A stretch of DNA of 60,479 bases, counting the filler, from Jimgerdemannia flammicorona (taxonomy: Eukaryota): the NCBI GenBank assembly GCA_003990765.1. It is 3 parts of 3 records of this genome, joined end to end, with 100 filler letters (N's around TTAATTAATTAA, not from the genome) between each part and the next. Parts side by side here need not be neighbours in the genome. Positions count along the whole stretch, not along the records: positions 20,195 to 40,287 come from RBNJ01001760.1; positions 40,388 to 60,479 come from RBNJ01001761.1; 1 more part is not named here. The stretch is one strand, 5' to 3'. The translations under genes and the position numbers were made by a program. Below are positions 35,173 to 47,463 of the stretch, in pieces; the first letter of the stretch is position 1; the number at the start of each line of letters is the position of its first letter. Under the pieces are notes generated by a model. The model saw nothing but the letters and a program-made list of their open reading frames with translations, did not search any database and had not been told where the DNA came from.

Positions 35173-38100
35173 ACACCTTTCACCAGTAACATTTGGGTGA
35201 CACAAGACTCAGACAACACTTTTTACAATGTTTTTGGTATCTGACGACTAACAACATGGACAGCAACGATCGATCTGGTGAGCATACTGGCCAGGGGGGT
35301 GATGGCGCCTTTGGCTGGCAGCAGGTGGGGAGGAGGGGAGATGGTTTGGGGATGCCAGGGGCCTCGATGGCTAGCTGAGGCCCCGGCAGTGGAGGGAGGG
35401 GAGATCTGAGGCAGAGAGGAGGGGAGAGGTCAACCTTTGCTGACAAGGTCAGGATGGGGAAGATGGCTTCTGGGCTGGATAGTTGGCTGGGCCTGGGGAA
35501 GGCGACGATGGCTACTGCTGGGGGTCAGGGAGGTGCACCCCAGGGTACTTCTGGTGGTAGGGAAGGGGCTGGAGTAGGGGCTGGAGATGTGACTGTTGAT
35601 GGGGCTGTGACTGGGGATCTGACAAAAAATCCAGATGTGACGACAGTTGGCAATTTGGGACTTGGAGTGGGCATGAGGCCCAGGGACCTGGCAGATGGGG
35701 TGATAGGCATGGTGTCGGCCCCGTTACTCAAGAAGTCGAGATCCGAATTCATGGTCATGATGTGCTTCTGGGGCTTGGCAGTGACGGCAAGGATGATTTT
35801 GGGGCTGGTGGTGCAGGAGGCTAAGAGAGCAGCGTCAGTGAAGTTCTTGAGGAGAAAGGAAGGGGTTGAGGTGGGGTTTGAGGAGGAAGACACCTTGTTG
35901 GCAGCCATGGAGAAGGGGGTGATGGTTGGCAGGGTTGTGGTCCCTATGGCCCGGTGTATGCACTGGGACCCCCAGGTGGTGCAGTTGATGGTGTTGGACC
36001 TTCCTATGGTGTCGAAGAAAAGGACCAGAGAGTTGGTTGTGGAGGTGATCAAGGAGTATGGTGAGATTGTAGATGTTGGGTTCAAGGTCTGGGAGGGCAT
36101 GGAGCTTAGAACTGGAGACGTCGATGTCAGGGTGAGACTGGCTGGAAAGGAGAATACGGAGAAGTTGAGAGACTGGCCAGCAACACTGTGGTGGGGACCG
36201 GTGGAGTGTAAGGTCACTAGGGTGAAGGGGACTCAGGAGGAGGAGAAGAACCTGTTGGAGGCTCTGGAGGACCTGGAAGGGGGCAGTTGTGAGGAGGAGA
36301 TTAGCCTGGAAGGAGTTTGAGGCCAGGACGGTAGTGGGGGAGGTGGATGGGAAGAGGGTTCAGATGGAGAAGGGGGCCTGGGAGAAGATGCAGGGGAGGA
36401 GAATTCAGAAGGAGTTGTTGGCGAAGTTGGGCGGGGGTAGGGCTGGTGGAAGCTCCAGCAAGGGGGCTGCAGGGCTGCAGGAGAGTGCCTGGGCTGAAGG
36501 GGGAGAGATGGCCCAGGGTGGGGCTCAGATTGTAGTCAGGGAGAGGAGGGAGGATAACTTGGAGGTAGATGCCGAAATGGGCGAAGGTGGGTGCCCTCAG
36601 TATAGTGTGCCGGATGGGGCAGGAGGTGAGGAGGAGCTGATGGATGTACCGGAGGAGGAGTGGGATGAGTCAGTGAGGAGGAGCATACTGGTAGACCTCG
36701 AGGTGGATGGGGGACAAATTGCTCAGGGGGCAGCAGAGGCAGTAGATGAGGAGAAGTGGATGTGGAAGACCCTGGAAGGGCTAGCGGCTGAAGAGCTGGG
36801 GAGTGAGAACTTCAGGGTGATGGAGGAGAGGCATTGGGAGGAGATTCTATATGGGGAAGAGGTGCCAAGGAAGATAAGAAATAAGATCCTGGCTGTCCTC
36901 TTGGAGTCTGTTGAGTATCAGATTGATGATCAGCGAGAGGAGGAGCTTAGAAGGATTGCGAGTAACAGGGCACTTATCTTGTGGAACTCGAGGAAGGGAC
37001 TAGAGAAGTGGCACGCAGTCTGCTTAGATTACAGGGTGGATATGGAGGAGGTGGACAGGGTGGAGTGTCAGGAAATCTTGGGGGTGCTGGATGCTCAGGA
37101 TATTGCGGAGGGTGATTTGGAAGCTGAGCAGCTCTTGGACTTGGCAAGGGATGAGATGAGCATGGAATTATAGGTTGGGGTCCCTTTTACAATATCTACT
37201 CAATATGAACAGTATAACTAGGATATTCTCATTGAATGTGAATGGGTTACGGGGGGCAGCTAGGAGGAAGTACATCTTTGGTTGGCTTCGGGGTCTGGAT
37301 GCGGACCTCTTCTTGTTACAGGATGTTCGGTATGATGCAGATGTGGATTTACAGGATTGGACTAAGGAATGGGGGGGTGCAGCAGTTTGGAGGGGGAAAG
37401 TGGGTATTCTTGTTTGGAAAGGGATGGGGGACATTGGGGACATTGGACATTGGGGTTGCAGGTGGTGTGGGGAGTATGGCAGAGGCCTGGATGGGGCTCG
37501 CTGATGGTTGGGTCTTGTTACTATCCAGCTGAGAGAGGGGAGAGGGTGGATTGGATTCGCAGGTTGAAAGAGGCTGGTTTATTGGGAGAAGTTGGGTTTG
37601 ACTGTATGGGGGGGGACTTCAACATGGTACGGGATAAGGAGTTGGACAGAACTGATGGAGAGAGAGGCATGCGAGGTGAAAGTGGTGGGTTGGCAGACTG
37701 GTTGGAGATGGAAAGGTTGTGTTCTTTAGTGGACTCAGGGAGACATTTTTGGGCTGATCGGTGGATGTATACCCATTGGGTGGCAGGACTGGGCTCTAGG
37801 ATTGACTGGGTTCTAACAGCAGAGTGTTGGGGAGCAGATGTCTGGACAGTGCTGGGTGTCATATGGTGTCTATGGTCTGATCACTGGGGGTTGCTTGGAG
37901 GGGAGAGGTTTGGGGGAAATGAGGATGGGCCTGGATATTGGTGGCTAAATTCTTCCTTGTTGGAGGATAGGGCATTGTGGGAGGGTTGGGAAACAGAGGT
38001 GATCAGAGATATCAGCAGGTGGCAGGATCAAGGACTGGTGATTGGGAACCGCTGGAGAAGGCTGAAGGTGAAAGCTCAGGGGTATTGAAGGGAAGTGGGG

Positions 38101-40287
38101 AAAGGAAAGAGTGCTCAGCATAGGCAGCAGGTGATGTGGGCCTTGCAGTGTTTGGTGGCGCTCATGGAGAGATGGGTGGGTATGCTGGAGGATAGGGCCA
38201 AGGCTGATTGGCATATTGCAAGAATCTGGCAGGAGGTGGAGGAGCTCAAAGGGGTGCTATGGAGGGAGGAGGAGGAGCAGCTGCAGGGGATGGTGGCCTG
38301 CTTGTGATGGCAGGAACTTGAGGAAGGGGAGAGACCTACCAGGTTCTTGTCACGGTTGTTACAAGCATGATGAATGAGGCAGCGGTGGGAGGGAGTTTTG
38401 GATGAGAATGGTGAGCTAGTGGTGGGGACCCCAGTGATTTTGGGCCTCTTGCGATCCCAGTGGGAGAACCTTTGGAGTGAGGATGAAGGGGGACTGGATG
38501 CCCTAGACATTGAAAGGCAGCTGGGGGATTGGCACCCGGACCCTGCTATGGGACTTGTGGCATTGGGGGACCCAGTGAGTGGTGAGGAGATTTGCAAAGT
38601 GGTGGCCTCTATGAGTAAAGAGACAGCCCTGGGAGAGGATGGACTCCTCTGAGATTTTTGGCAGAAGATGACAGGGGTGCGTGAGGTACTTGAGGAAATG
38701 ATGGCTATGTGTGATGAAGTTCTTCGGTCTAGTGCCTGGATTGGGGGACAGTGCTTGGGGCTGGTCTCCTTGCTATATAAGAACAAGGGCAGGAGGGAGG
38801 ATTGGAAGAACTGGCGGCCAATCATGCTTCTGGACATGGACCACAAACTGGTGACGAAGATCTTGGTGTTGCGGTTGCAAGGGATCGCACAGCAGGTGCT
38901 TGGTTTGGAGCAACGTGGGTTTGTCAGCAGTCGATTGATTCGAGATGGGACAGCCTGGGTTCATGGAGTGATTGAAGGTACCCGGGCTACAGGGGTGGAT
39001 GGCAGATTGGTATTTCTAGACCAGGAGAAGGCTTATGATAGAGTGTGGAGAATATGGCTAGAGGGAGTGCTGAAGCGGATTGGTATCCCTTCAGGGTTCC
39101 GAGGTTCATTGATCAGCCTCTTGGAGGACAGTCAGGTGGCATTGGTCCTCAATGGCCACCAGGGGGTAACCTTCCCCCTGGGCCATGGGGTGCCACAAGG
39201 GGACCCCTTGTCACCCATATTGTATGCCCTTTCCCTGGAGCCACTACTGGACAGGATTCGGTATAAGATTGGAGGTTTGGACATCTTAGGGGTGAACTGG
39301 AAGGTGGGGGCCTTTGCCGATGATATGGTGGTTGGACTGGGGTCCTTGGGGGATGTTGGAGAGTTGCAGAGGACAGTGGAATGGTATGAGCGGGGTTCCA
39401 GTGCTAAACTGAACTGGCACAAATGCAAGATGCTGGTGCTGGGCACTGGAATTGTCAGTGGCAATGTTATTGGAATGGTGGTTCTGGCTGGTGAACCAGT
39501 GTGCTACTTGGGGATCTACTTCTCAGTGTTCGGATCTCTTCTTCCTCGGGCATGGTGGGACTGTAAACTGCTGGAGTGGGGCAATGTCTTGATGCGGTGG
39601 GGAGGCCGGCATATGTCCCTAGCCAGAAGGGTGATGGTGTTGAATGTGTACTGGATGCCGAAGCTGTGGTATGTTGGATATCATTTGGATTTCCTGCCGT
39701 GGGTGGTTAAGGGGTTGTTGAAGATGGCGAGGTCATGGATTTGGGGAGGGCGGCAGAGCCAGGTTAGTTGGGAGGTGCTCATGCTGCCCTTGGAAAGAGG
39801 TGGACTGGGCTTAGTAGACTTTACTAAGCAGCTTTTATGTCTGAGGGCCTGGTGGCTAAGGAGGGCGAGTGAGCTTAGAGGTTGGGAGTGGGTGCCACTC
39901 ATGCAGAGATTGTGGGAGGTTTGATACTCCCCATGTGGTGGCTCCAGCGACCTGCTTGCAATAGTGGCTATAGAAGGGAGTCGGAGGATGCGGTTTACAG
40001 GCTTTTGGTGGGGAGTGGTAGATGGTGCTAAGAAAATCAGCCTTCAGTGGTGAGGTGACGAGGCTGAGGAAGTTTGGGGACCGCAGATGTGGAGATGGGA
40101 CAGGCTTCTATTGGGTGGTATTCTGGTGGAGAACTTTCAGCTTGGCGAGGGTCTGGAGTACCTGCGAGGCCTAGGTGGAGACCTGTGGCCTGAAGCCTGG
40201 CAGAGGGTTGGAATCGGGGAAGAGTGGGATTGGAATGGGCTCTGGCTTTGGAGCAAACGGGTGAGGCAGTGGCTGCCCCCCAAGTTC
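35173..40287 (+). mobile_element. L1/Tx1-like LINE with intact 5' end: ORF1 (35256-37173) and ORF2 (37205 onward; APE endonuclease and RT); 3' end lost in the gap
   Basis: Endonuclease motifs SLNVNGL, GGDFNMV, SRIDWVL and SDH. RT motifs NWRPIMLL, LDQEKAYDRV, GVPQGDPLSPILY and FADD. Broken by stops and frameshifts. Confidence 0.93.
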
Positions 40288-40387
40288 NNNNNNNNNNNNN
40301 NNNNNNNNNNNNNNNNNNNNNNNNNNNNNNNTTAATTAATTAANNNNNNNNNNNNNNNNNNNNNNNNNNNNNNNNNNNNNNNNNNNN
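40288..40387. other. Artificial contig-joining spacer
   Basis: N44-TTAATTAATTAA-N44. Confidence 0.97.
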
Positions 40388-40825
40388 GAAAAGCAGTCAC
40401 CTACGCCAGAACCGTGCTCGCCGGGAAGCTCGCCAAAGCCAGAGGGCCCCACCACAGGCACCGAGGACCTGCAGGTAACCTACACTGAGCACTTGACGCC
40501 CAAGGTCGGCCGACTCCCTACGTAGCCCAAGACACACCGAGACAACTCCTTGTTGGCGACGGCAAAAGGAAGAAGGCACCGCACCAAAACGGGTACACCC
40601 CAGACGCAGCTGAAGGCACCAGAATCCGCGAAAAAGTGGAGGAAGCACCGATCTGACACCGATAAAGGGGCAACATATCACCATTGCCTCCCTCCCACTG
40701 CCCTGCAACAGGTACAGCAAACCAACCCGAGGTAGAGGGGGTAATAATTGTGGAAAGTGGACTCGGAAGGTTGCCTACCAAACCATTGTGACCGGTAAGG
40801 TAGCGGAGAAAGGGGCGTAGAAATA
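40388..40825 (-). mobile_element. Possible 5' end of a related LINE (minus strand), cut by the gap
   Basis: CpG-rich block. Its minus-strand start CCCTTTCTCCGCTACCTTACCGGTCACA resembles the LINE 5' end CACTTTCTCCGGTAACATTCAGGTTACA at 18021. The similarity is weak. Confidence 0.35.
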
Positions 40826-40859
40826 GGTTATCTATATGAGATTGTTTCAGAATATTTAT

Positions 40860-41450
40860 ACTTCTCTTCATCAGTAGTATTTAGAAATATAACTGTCTTT
40901 TGAAAATTCTATCAGAATTTCCATTACATCAGATATCTATATCTAGTTACTTCTGTATTTGATAAAAGATTGTTTACTTTTTTTTAAATAGTATTTATAC
41001 TTGTAGTATCTTTTCCATTTTATGAGATAGTATTAGATGGGCTTGGTAGCTTATCTAAATTAATAATTCTTATAATTCAGAATATAGTCTCCTTCATATT
41101 CTAATTGCTGATCAATAATTACTAAATTGTGAGATAGTATAGTTTTTTCTTCAAAGGTATTCAGAGTATATAGCTAAAGTTGAAATATATGAAATACTGG
41201 ATAAATTCTCTTTAGTATGTATTACTAAGAGATCTAACTTATATATAATAGATCTATATTTTTTAAGAATCTTGAATAGTCTAATATAACAGAGTTTAAG
41301 TTTCTTTTTGGAATCTATATTATCTAGCATTAGGTACTAAGTACTAAGTAATACTTATTCTTCTGTTTTATAAGTAACTTTCTTTTATTTTATTAGTATA
41401 TACTACTTATATTCTTTGTTCCTCTATGAGAACATCTTATGTTTACTGAA
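40860..41450 (-). mobile_element. Decayed chromovirus 3' end (IN C-terminus and chromodomain)
   Basis: Colinear with 2150-2700; minus strand reads YLIKWKRY near 41005-41030. Confidence 0.6.
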
Positions 41451-41509
41451 TGTTATCTTATAATTCTATATATAGCTGATACTGTGGTTTAGATGGTAAC
41501 TTATAATAA

Positions 41510-41929
41510 AACTCTATACTAATAGAATTAATATATTGTAGATAATCAATAGTGACTATCAGCTCTAATTTTTGAGTTTTTGAGAAAGTATCAAGTTCCA
41601 ATTGCCTATTATAGCAGAGTCTAGGTTTTGCTTTTAAATTCTTATTCTGGTGAGAGGGCCATACTTGTATTCCAAGTTAATCAGACTCAGAATTATTAAT
41701 AAGTTAGATTGAAGGACTTTTTATGATAAGAATAGTGCTTTATTCTTATATTTAGAAAAAGTAGAGCTGAGGTTATAATACACTCAGTATAGAAGATATT
41801 TATATATGATATACTGGATATATCTATATATAGTTATACTACTTTGGGTAACTATGGCTGCTACTTGAAATTTCTATCAGAATTTCCAGAGGCTTATAGA
41901 TGTATATACACATATAATAATTTATTACA
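41510..41929 (-). repeat. Decayed LTR-like repeat, with an inverted second copy at about 44363-44840
   Basis: The reverse complement of 41660-41710 (…TCTGATTAACTTGGAATACAAGTATG) matches 44630-44680. On the minus strand a purine tract GAAGGGAGGGA precedes TGTAAT at 41929. Confidence 0.5.
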
Positions 41930-42723
41930 TCCCTCCCTTCTTTACTTGAGTCTACTTATTAGACTCAGTACTAAACTCTAGATACTTATTGAACTAAAGA
42001 GCAGTATACTAAACTACTTGAAAAATAATTTTACTCTATCATTCATTACTCAAATTAATAATATTCTCAGAGAATACTCTATAGAGATAGTCAAGAAATC
42101 TGATGTCTTCTTCATTACTTATATTCTTGCTTGTATCTCTTGATAGACCTACATCAGTTATGCTACTTATTCTTAGAGCTATTATATATCTTCTATAGAA
42201 ATTATGATATTGAAAAAAGATTTATATTAGTAAGGAAGTGAGATTTAACTTTTTCACTACTACTAATTATAATAAATATTCTATTATAGAGAACAACTAT
42301 ACTTATTAAAATGCAAGAATACTTTAATATAGTAAAGTTAGATAAAATCTGAGACTTAGACTATATGTCAGTAATGTCCAAATAGAAATATATAACTAGA
42401 TTTAAGAAATAGGATTTTGAGAAGTTCAATTGCCTTGGAGATTCAAATAAAAGTATGATAACTAACTAGACTGAGCTTTATTGAAGTATTCAGAGAGGGT
42501 ATTTGTATAAGAGAAATAGAAAGAAAAAGAAACAAATAGAATATTACTATACTAGATATCAAGCAATAAGTTATACTTGATAGAACTTAGTAGAATATTA
42601 CAGAGAGTTACTAAGTATTGATTAGTAATTGATAGAATCTTAGCAGAACTATTTAGGAAACAGATTCTTGACAAATGACTAAGTAATTCTATACTATTCT
42701 AAGCTATTCTGGAATGTTATACT

Positions 42724-43294
42724 TAGTACTCTGAATGAGCTGATCTAGATCAGATTCAAATCACATTTGGATCAACTTGAATAAAATTCAAATCCCATCC
42801 AGATTGATTTGAATCAATCATTGTTTTGATTTCCAAATTAGACAATTAAATGTTTACATCAATAACTTGATAAATATCATTCAATTTTGATGATCTTGGT
42901 GCCATTTGAAAGGCCTTAATAATGCCTTTCTAATGATACCAAGAATATTGAAATTAGATCATATATTGCTGAGTTATCAAAGAAAATGTCTAACTTGCCA
43001 ATTTTGGAAATTTCTTCAAAAGAACAGTTTCCTTAATAGCTCGGCAACATGTAATCCGATTTTAATATTCTTGGTATCATTAGAAAGGACATATTAAGAG
43101 CTTTCAAATGATATCAAGATCATCAAAATTAGATGATTATTTATTGAGTTATTGATATAAACATTTAATTGTCTAATTTGGAAATCAAATCAATCTGGAT
43201 AGGATTTAAATCCTATCTGAGTTGATTCAGATGGGATTCAATTCAAATCTAATCCAAATCCAATCCAGATTAAATTGACTCATTCAGAGTACTA
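42724..43294. mobile_element. hAT-type foldback MITE (571 bp)
   Basis: Perfect 16-bp TIR TAGTACTCTGAATGAG/CTCATTCAGAGTACTA and 8-bp TSD GTTATACT/GTTCTACT. Long internal inverted arms (about 42826-42975 vs 43036-43190). Confidence 0.88.
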
Positions 43295-43839
43295 GTTCTA
43301 CTGAGTTATATAATAAAAAAAAAAGATAAATTAGTAGAAGAAAAATAGAATATAGAGGATTGTTACACCTATCCTGAGTGTATAAAGATGAAGAAGAAAT
43401 GCAACTATACTTGAAAGATGCCTATAGCTAAAGTTGCAGAAGTACTAGTAATTTGGAATCAAGAAGTATCTGAAGAAGAAACCTCTGAATAAGAAGTTTC
43501 TGAACAAAAAGAATACTCTGAACTCATTTTGTAAAATGATCTCTACTAGATACTACTAGAAGATAATGATCCTTAGAATCTTAAAGAAGGCCCAAGCATG
43601 GTCACAATTGTTCAAAGATAGAAAACTCATTAAGAAAGAGCCTTTTAGCTAGAGAGATATTAGTATTAAAATATCTTCCACTCTCTCTAAGACTACCACT
43701 ATTAGTACTACCTATTAGACTAATAAAAAAAAACAAAGAAACTGTAGACCAGGATCTTTAATCACAATTGTACAAACTACTATCTTTCAAGAAACAACCA
43801 TAATATTAAAAATAAATAAAGATACTTTACTTAAACAGA

Positions 43840-44095
43840 AGTACTATCTCTAGCTACTCTTCTTCTAACCTATAATAGAGATAGATATAAATATCTCTAG
43901 TATTAGAGTAAATAAACCTCAGATCAAAATAGTTTAAAGCAAAGAGAAAATAAGAGAATTAGTAAGCCTGTGGGCAGATACACTTTGAACTCACCCACTT
44001 CTATATTCTAAAGACTCTATAGAGTTAAAGAAGATTAAGTTTTCAAAATACAGAAATCTGATATACTTATATAGTTATATATCTACTATATTATA
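43840..44095 (+). repeat. Decayed LTR fragment with the family A/C promoter-polyA core
   Basis: ATATAAATATCTCTAGTATTAGAGTAAATAAACCTCAGATC and AGAAATCTGATATACTT match the family A LTR 3' half. Confidence 0.55.
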
Positions 44096-46109
44096 CTATA
44101 TAGATTAGCTTGAGCTCTTAGTTACTTTGTTAAAAGTAAAAAATATTTTTATAATTTCTGATATTTTTAGTATTTAGTAGTATAATAGATCAATCTAGAT
44201 ATCAAGTAGTCAATTTCCTTACTGAGATGGATTCTTGAATATAGAGAAGAATTTGAAAAATTTATTGACAACTATATAAAAAATAAATAAAAGAACCTGT
44301 ATCTATTTTTTTTGAGAGAAACTACAGAATATTTTATTACTTTTTATTAAATATAAGAAAAATGTAACAGTTCATTATATAGCAATAAAGCTACTGAAAA
44401 TTCTAATAGAATTTTCAATAGAAATTCTAATAGAATTTCTAATAAATAGTTATAGATATCTCATATAGTATAACTTTATATAGTATATTATATTTAGCTA
44501 TAGCTTTAACTATATAAATATTCTTATACTAAGTATATTGTAATCTCAGTCTAAAAGTTGAAAAAAAGCTTAAACTCTACTTTCTCTGAATATATAAATA
44601 AGCAGTATTCTTATCAAAGAACTCTCAGATCTAACTTGTTAACAATTTTGAGCCTGATTAACTTAGGATACAAGTATGATATCTTAGCCACTAGTATAAG
44701 AACTCAAAAGTAATACTTGAACTATACTTTTACAATAGATATATAATTGGAACTTAGTACTTCTTTCTAAGTATCCAAAACTTAGAGCCAATAGTTATTT
44801 GATTATCTATAAAACATTAATTCTATTAGTATATAGTTTTATTATATCAAGTAGAGAGAGTATTATTGGATATAACTATACTAAATATTTAAGCTCAAGA
44901 GGTTTTTAAATAAAGTAATATATCCAAACTTAATAAATACAGAAGAATCAATATTCTTATTTCATATATGAATATAAGATTTATCAATATCTCTCCCAAC
45001 TGACTGCAGACCCTCTTATCTGTATCTTCTTATATTTGTCTATCTTGTCCTATCTCTTCTCATTTCCTACTTAATAAATTTAATTATTTTAAGATAAATT
45101 CTAACTCAATTATAGTTCTGACTTAATAACCCCTAATTTATTTATAAAGAAGATTGAAAATTAGAGCATAGTATTAGACAGATAAAAAAAAAGAAGCATT
45201 TTGACATACTTTTGAGAATAAGAGCTGGATTTTCAAAATAGATTTATCAACTATATTATATATAGTGTGACATTGGTTTTGTATAATGAACTTCGACTGC
45301 ACGGCTCAATGTGTGCCACTTGGTGAAGTGCACAATGTATATCTGAGGGTGTTGGTGACATTCGTGGGTTGATGGTCACGTGATCGGCTCGTTCGATTCA
45401 TACGATAATTGATAGTGAGAGTTCGTTCAATGATGGGAGAGGTCGTTCGATTGTTCAATGGCTCGGGACGTCGATGGCTTAATTGTTTAGTGGAAAAGGG
45501 CGGCGAATAACTTGAATTTATGTGGTGACGACGGGCTTGGCTTTAAGCGGTTCGTGGCGCAGTAGGTCGGGAAAACGGAGGTTGATGGCTCGCTCATCCA
45601 TCTTGACTTGTTAACTTGAAAGATTCCTGGCAGTCATTCAGGTCTTTGGCAGCGGCCTTGTATCCTTTAGCTGGGTAACTTGGGTTCCTTGGGTTTCCGG
45701 GTCTTAAATCTCGAATGGCGGTCGAATGGCAGTGGTCCAAATGGTGGTTGAATGGCGGCGGTCGTAGTCTTGAATCCTTGGCTGGGTCTCGGGTCTCGAA
45801 TGGCGGCAGTCGGGTAACGTTTTCTTTCCGTGGCAAGAGAAAATTCTTTAACTCAAACTTCCGAGTGATCCGTTGCTCTAGGTTGTTATCTTGTTCTCAG
45901 AATTTATCCGGTCTCTTGGAGGCAGTGTGTTTTCTCTGTAAAACTATCTGGCTGAGGTTTATTCACTCTAAGAGTATGGGTTATTTATACAAGTTTGCTA
46001 GCTATGGGGGGGGGGGGCGCGACTAAGACTAAGGTATACTACGTTGTGGCGAACTTATGCTATTGGTTTGCACGATATGAGGTGCAGGCTATTGTTTACT
46101 ACAGATTGG

Positions 46110-46446
46110 GTTGTAGGGGATAGCAACGCTGGATTCGGACCTGCTGACAAAATGCTGAAAACGGTGGTACTGGGTAGCAACGCTGGATTCGGATGAGCTG
46201 ACATGATACGATAATTGTTGCCAGAAACAGTTGTAGAGGGTAGTAACACTGAATTCGGACCTGCTGACAAAATGCTGAAAATGGTGGTACTGGGTAGCAA
46301 TGCTGGATTCGGATGAGCTGACATGATACGATGATTGTTGCCGGAAACAGTTGTGGAGGGTGGTAACGCTGAATTCGGACCTGCTGACAAAATGCTGAAA
46401 ATGGTGGTACTGGGTAGCAATGCTGGATTCGGATGAGCTGACATGA
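46110..46446. repeat. About 3 x 120-bp tandem repeat (two related subunits) in the family C LTR U3
   Basis: TTCGGACCTGCTGACAAAATGCTGAAAA recurs at 120-bp spacing (lines 46141, 46261, 46381), alternating with GGATTCGGATGAGCTGACATGA. Confidence 0.9.
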
Positions 46447-46455
46447 GCTGGGTTC

Positions 46456-47463
46456 TCACAGCTGATGGGCGGTACTCTGGAGGAAATAGTACCCTTCGTC
46501 CGTGGCGGGCAAATCTTGCTGGGTTGTGATTTCTTCTTCATCATGTCTCTCCTCAAAGGGGGGAAGAGCCGGCCAAGAGGTGAGGGGGTAGAAAAGTGGC
46601 CAGTCATCTTCAACAACATTCTCCAACCCTTGAACAGCTTGAATGCGGACAGAGGACTGGTAGACTCTCTGTTGCTCCTCTTCTTCTTCTGAAGACTCGT
46701 CAGTTTCAGTGTCAGAGGGGGTTTCTCCAGGGGTGGGGTCTTGGAGTTCTTGGGCTTCCTCTTTAAAGACAGGGACTTCTTGAGCTTCTTCTTGATTCGG
46801 TTCCCAAATGATGAGATGTGAATTGTGGCTGACAGGGTGGTGGGTGGTTGGGGTAGCTCCAACAGGTGTCTCTATAGTGATGGGCAGTCCTTCAAATATC
46901 TCCATAAGACTCATTAGGTGACCTTGATGGTTGTCTCGGAGTGGAGTGGTGTGGAAGCCTGGCTGAGTAGGTTTGGTTTGTTGGCTTCCTACGGCGATGC
47001 AGTTGCTGCCAATAGCATTGGCTACTTCAGATTCTATCCAGTCAGCATCTTCAGTTGAAAGACGTGAGAGGCTGCCAGCTGTTACTCCTTGCAAGTGTGC
47101 TATAGCCCAGGGAATATGGCGGAAGATTTGATGGATATGGAGGGCTCTCTTGATTAGCCGGCTGGTGGTTAACATTTCAGCAATGAGGTCTTCCTGGTCG
47201 CCTTCTTGAGTCTCATTGCGAAGGCGGTGTCCGATTTCATAGTCATGCCAGAGGGTCATTCGTTCGGTAGTGTCTTTGAGCTGTTGGGTCATTATATACC
47301 GGTAGTTGATGAAGTGTCCAAGGTCCTCAGTGTAGAAGTTCAAGTGTTCAGTAGTGTCTGGGCACCAGATGGCCTTCTTGATAGCTTCGAAGATCAGGGT
47401 CTTTGGGCCAGGCAAAGGGGTAGAGCGGCGGGAGGTCTGGTTGGATCAGCGAATGGGAGGCAT
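46456..47463 (-). CDS. LTR-encoded accessory protein (335 codons; one early TGA at codon 6, then open to the end), unknown function
   Basis: ATG at 47463 is in frame with ORF 46456..47415: MPPIR*SNQTSRRSTPLPGPKTLIFEAIKKAIW…LWHDYEIGHRL…RALHIHQIFRHIPWAIAHLQGVT…, followed by an acidic low-complexity C-terminus. Confidence 0.75.

Noticed and set aside
43340..43420. CYTYPECIKMKKKCNY resembling half of a Zn2Cys6 cluster
   Set aside because: Needs several assumed back-mutations and a frameshift in heavily decayed repeat DNA.
46055..46862. ORFs of 134 and 257 aa with repeated peptides
   Set aside because: They come from reading through the 120-bp tandem array and an alternative frame of the accessory gene.
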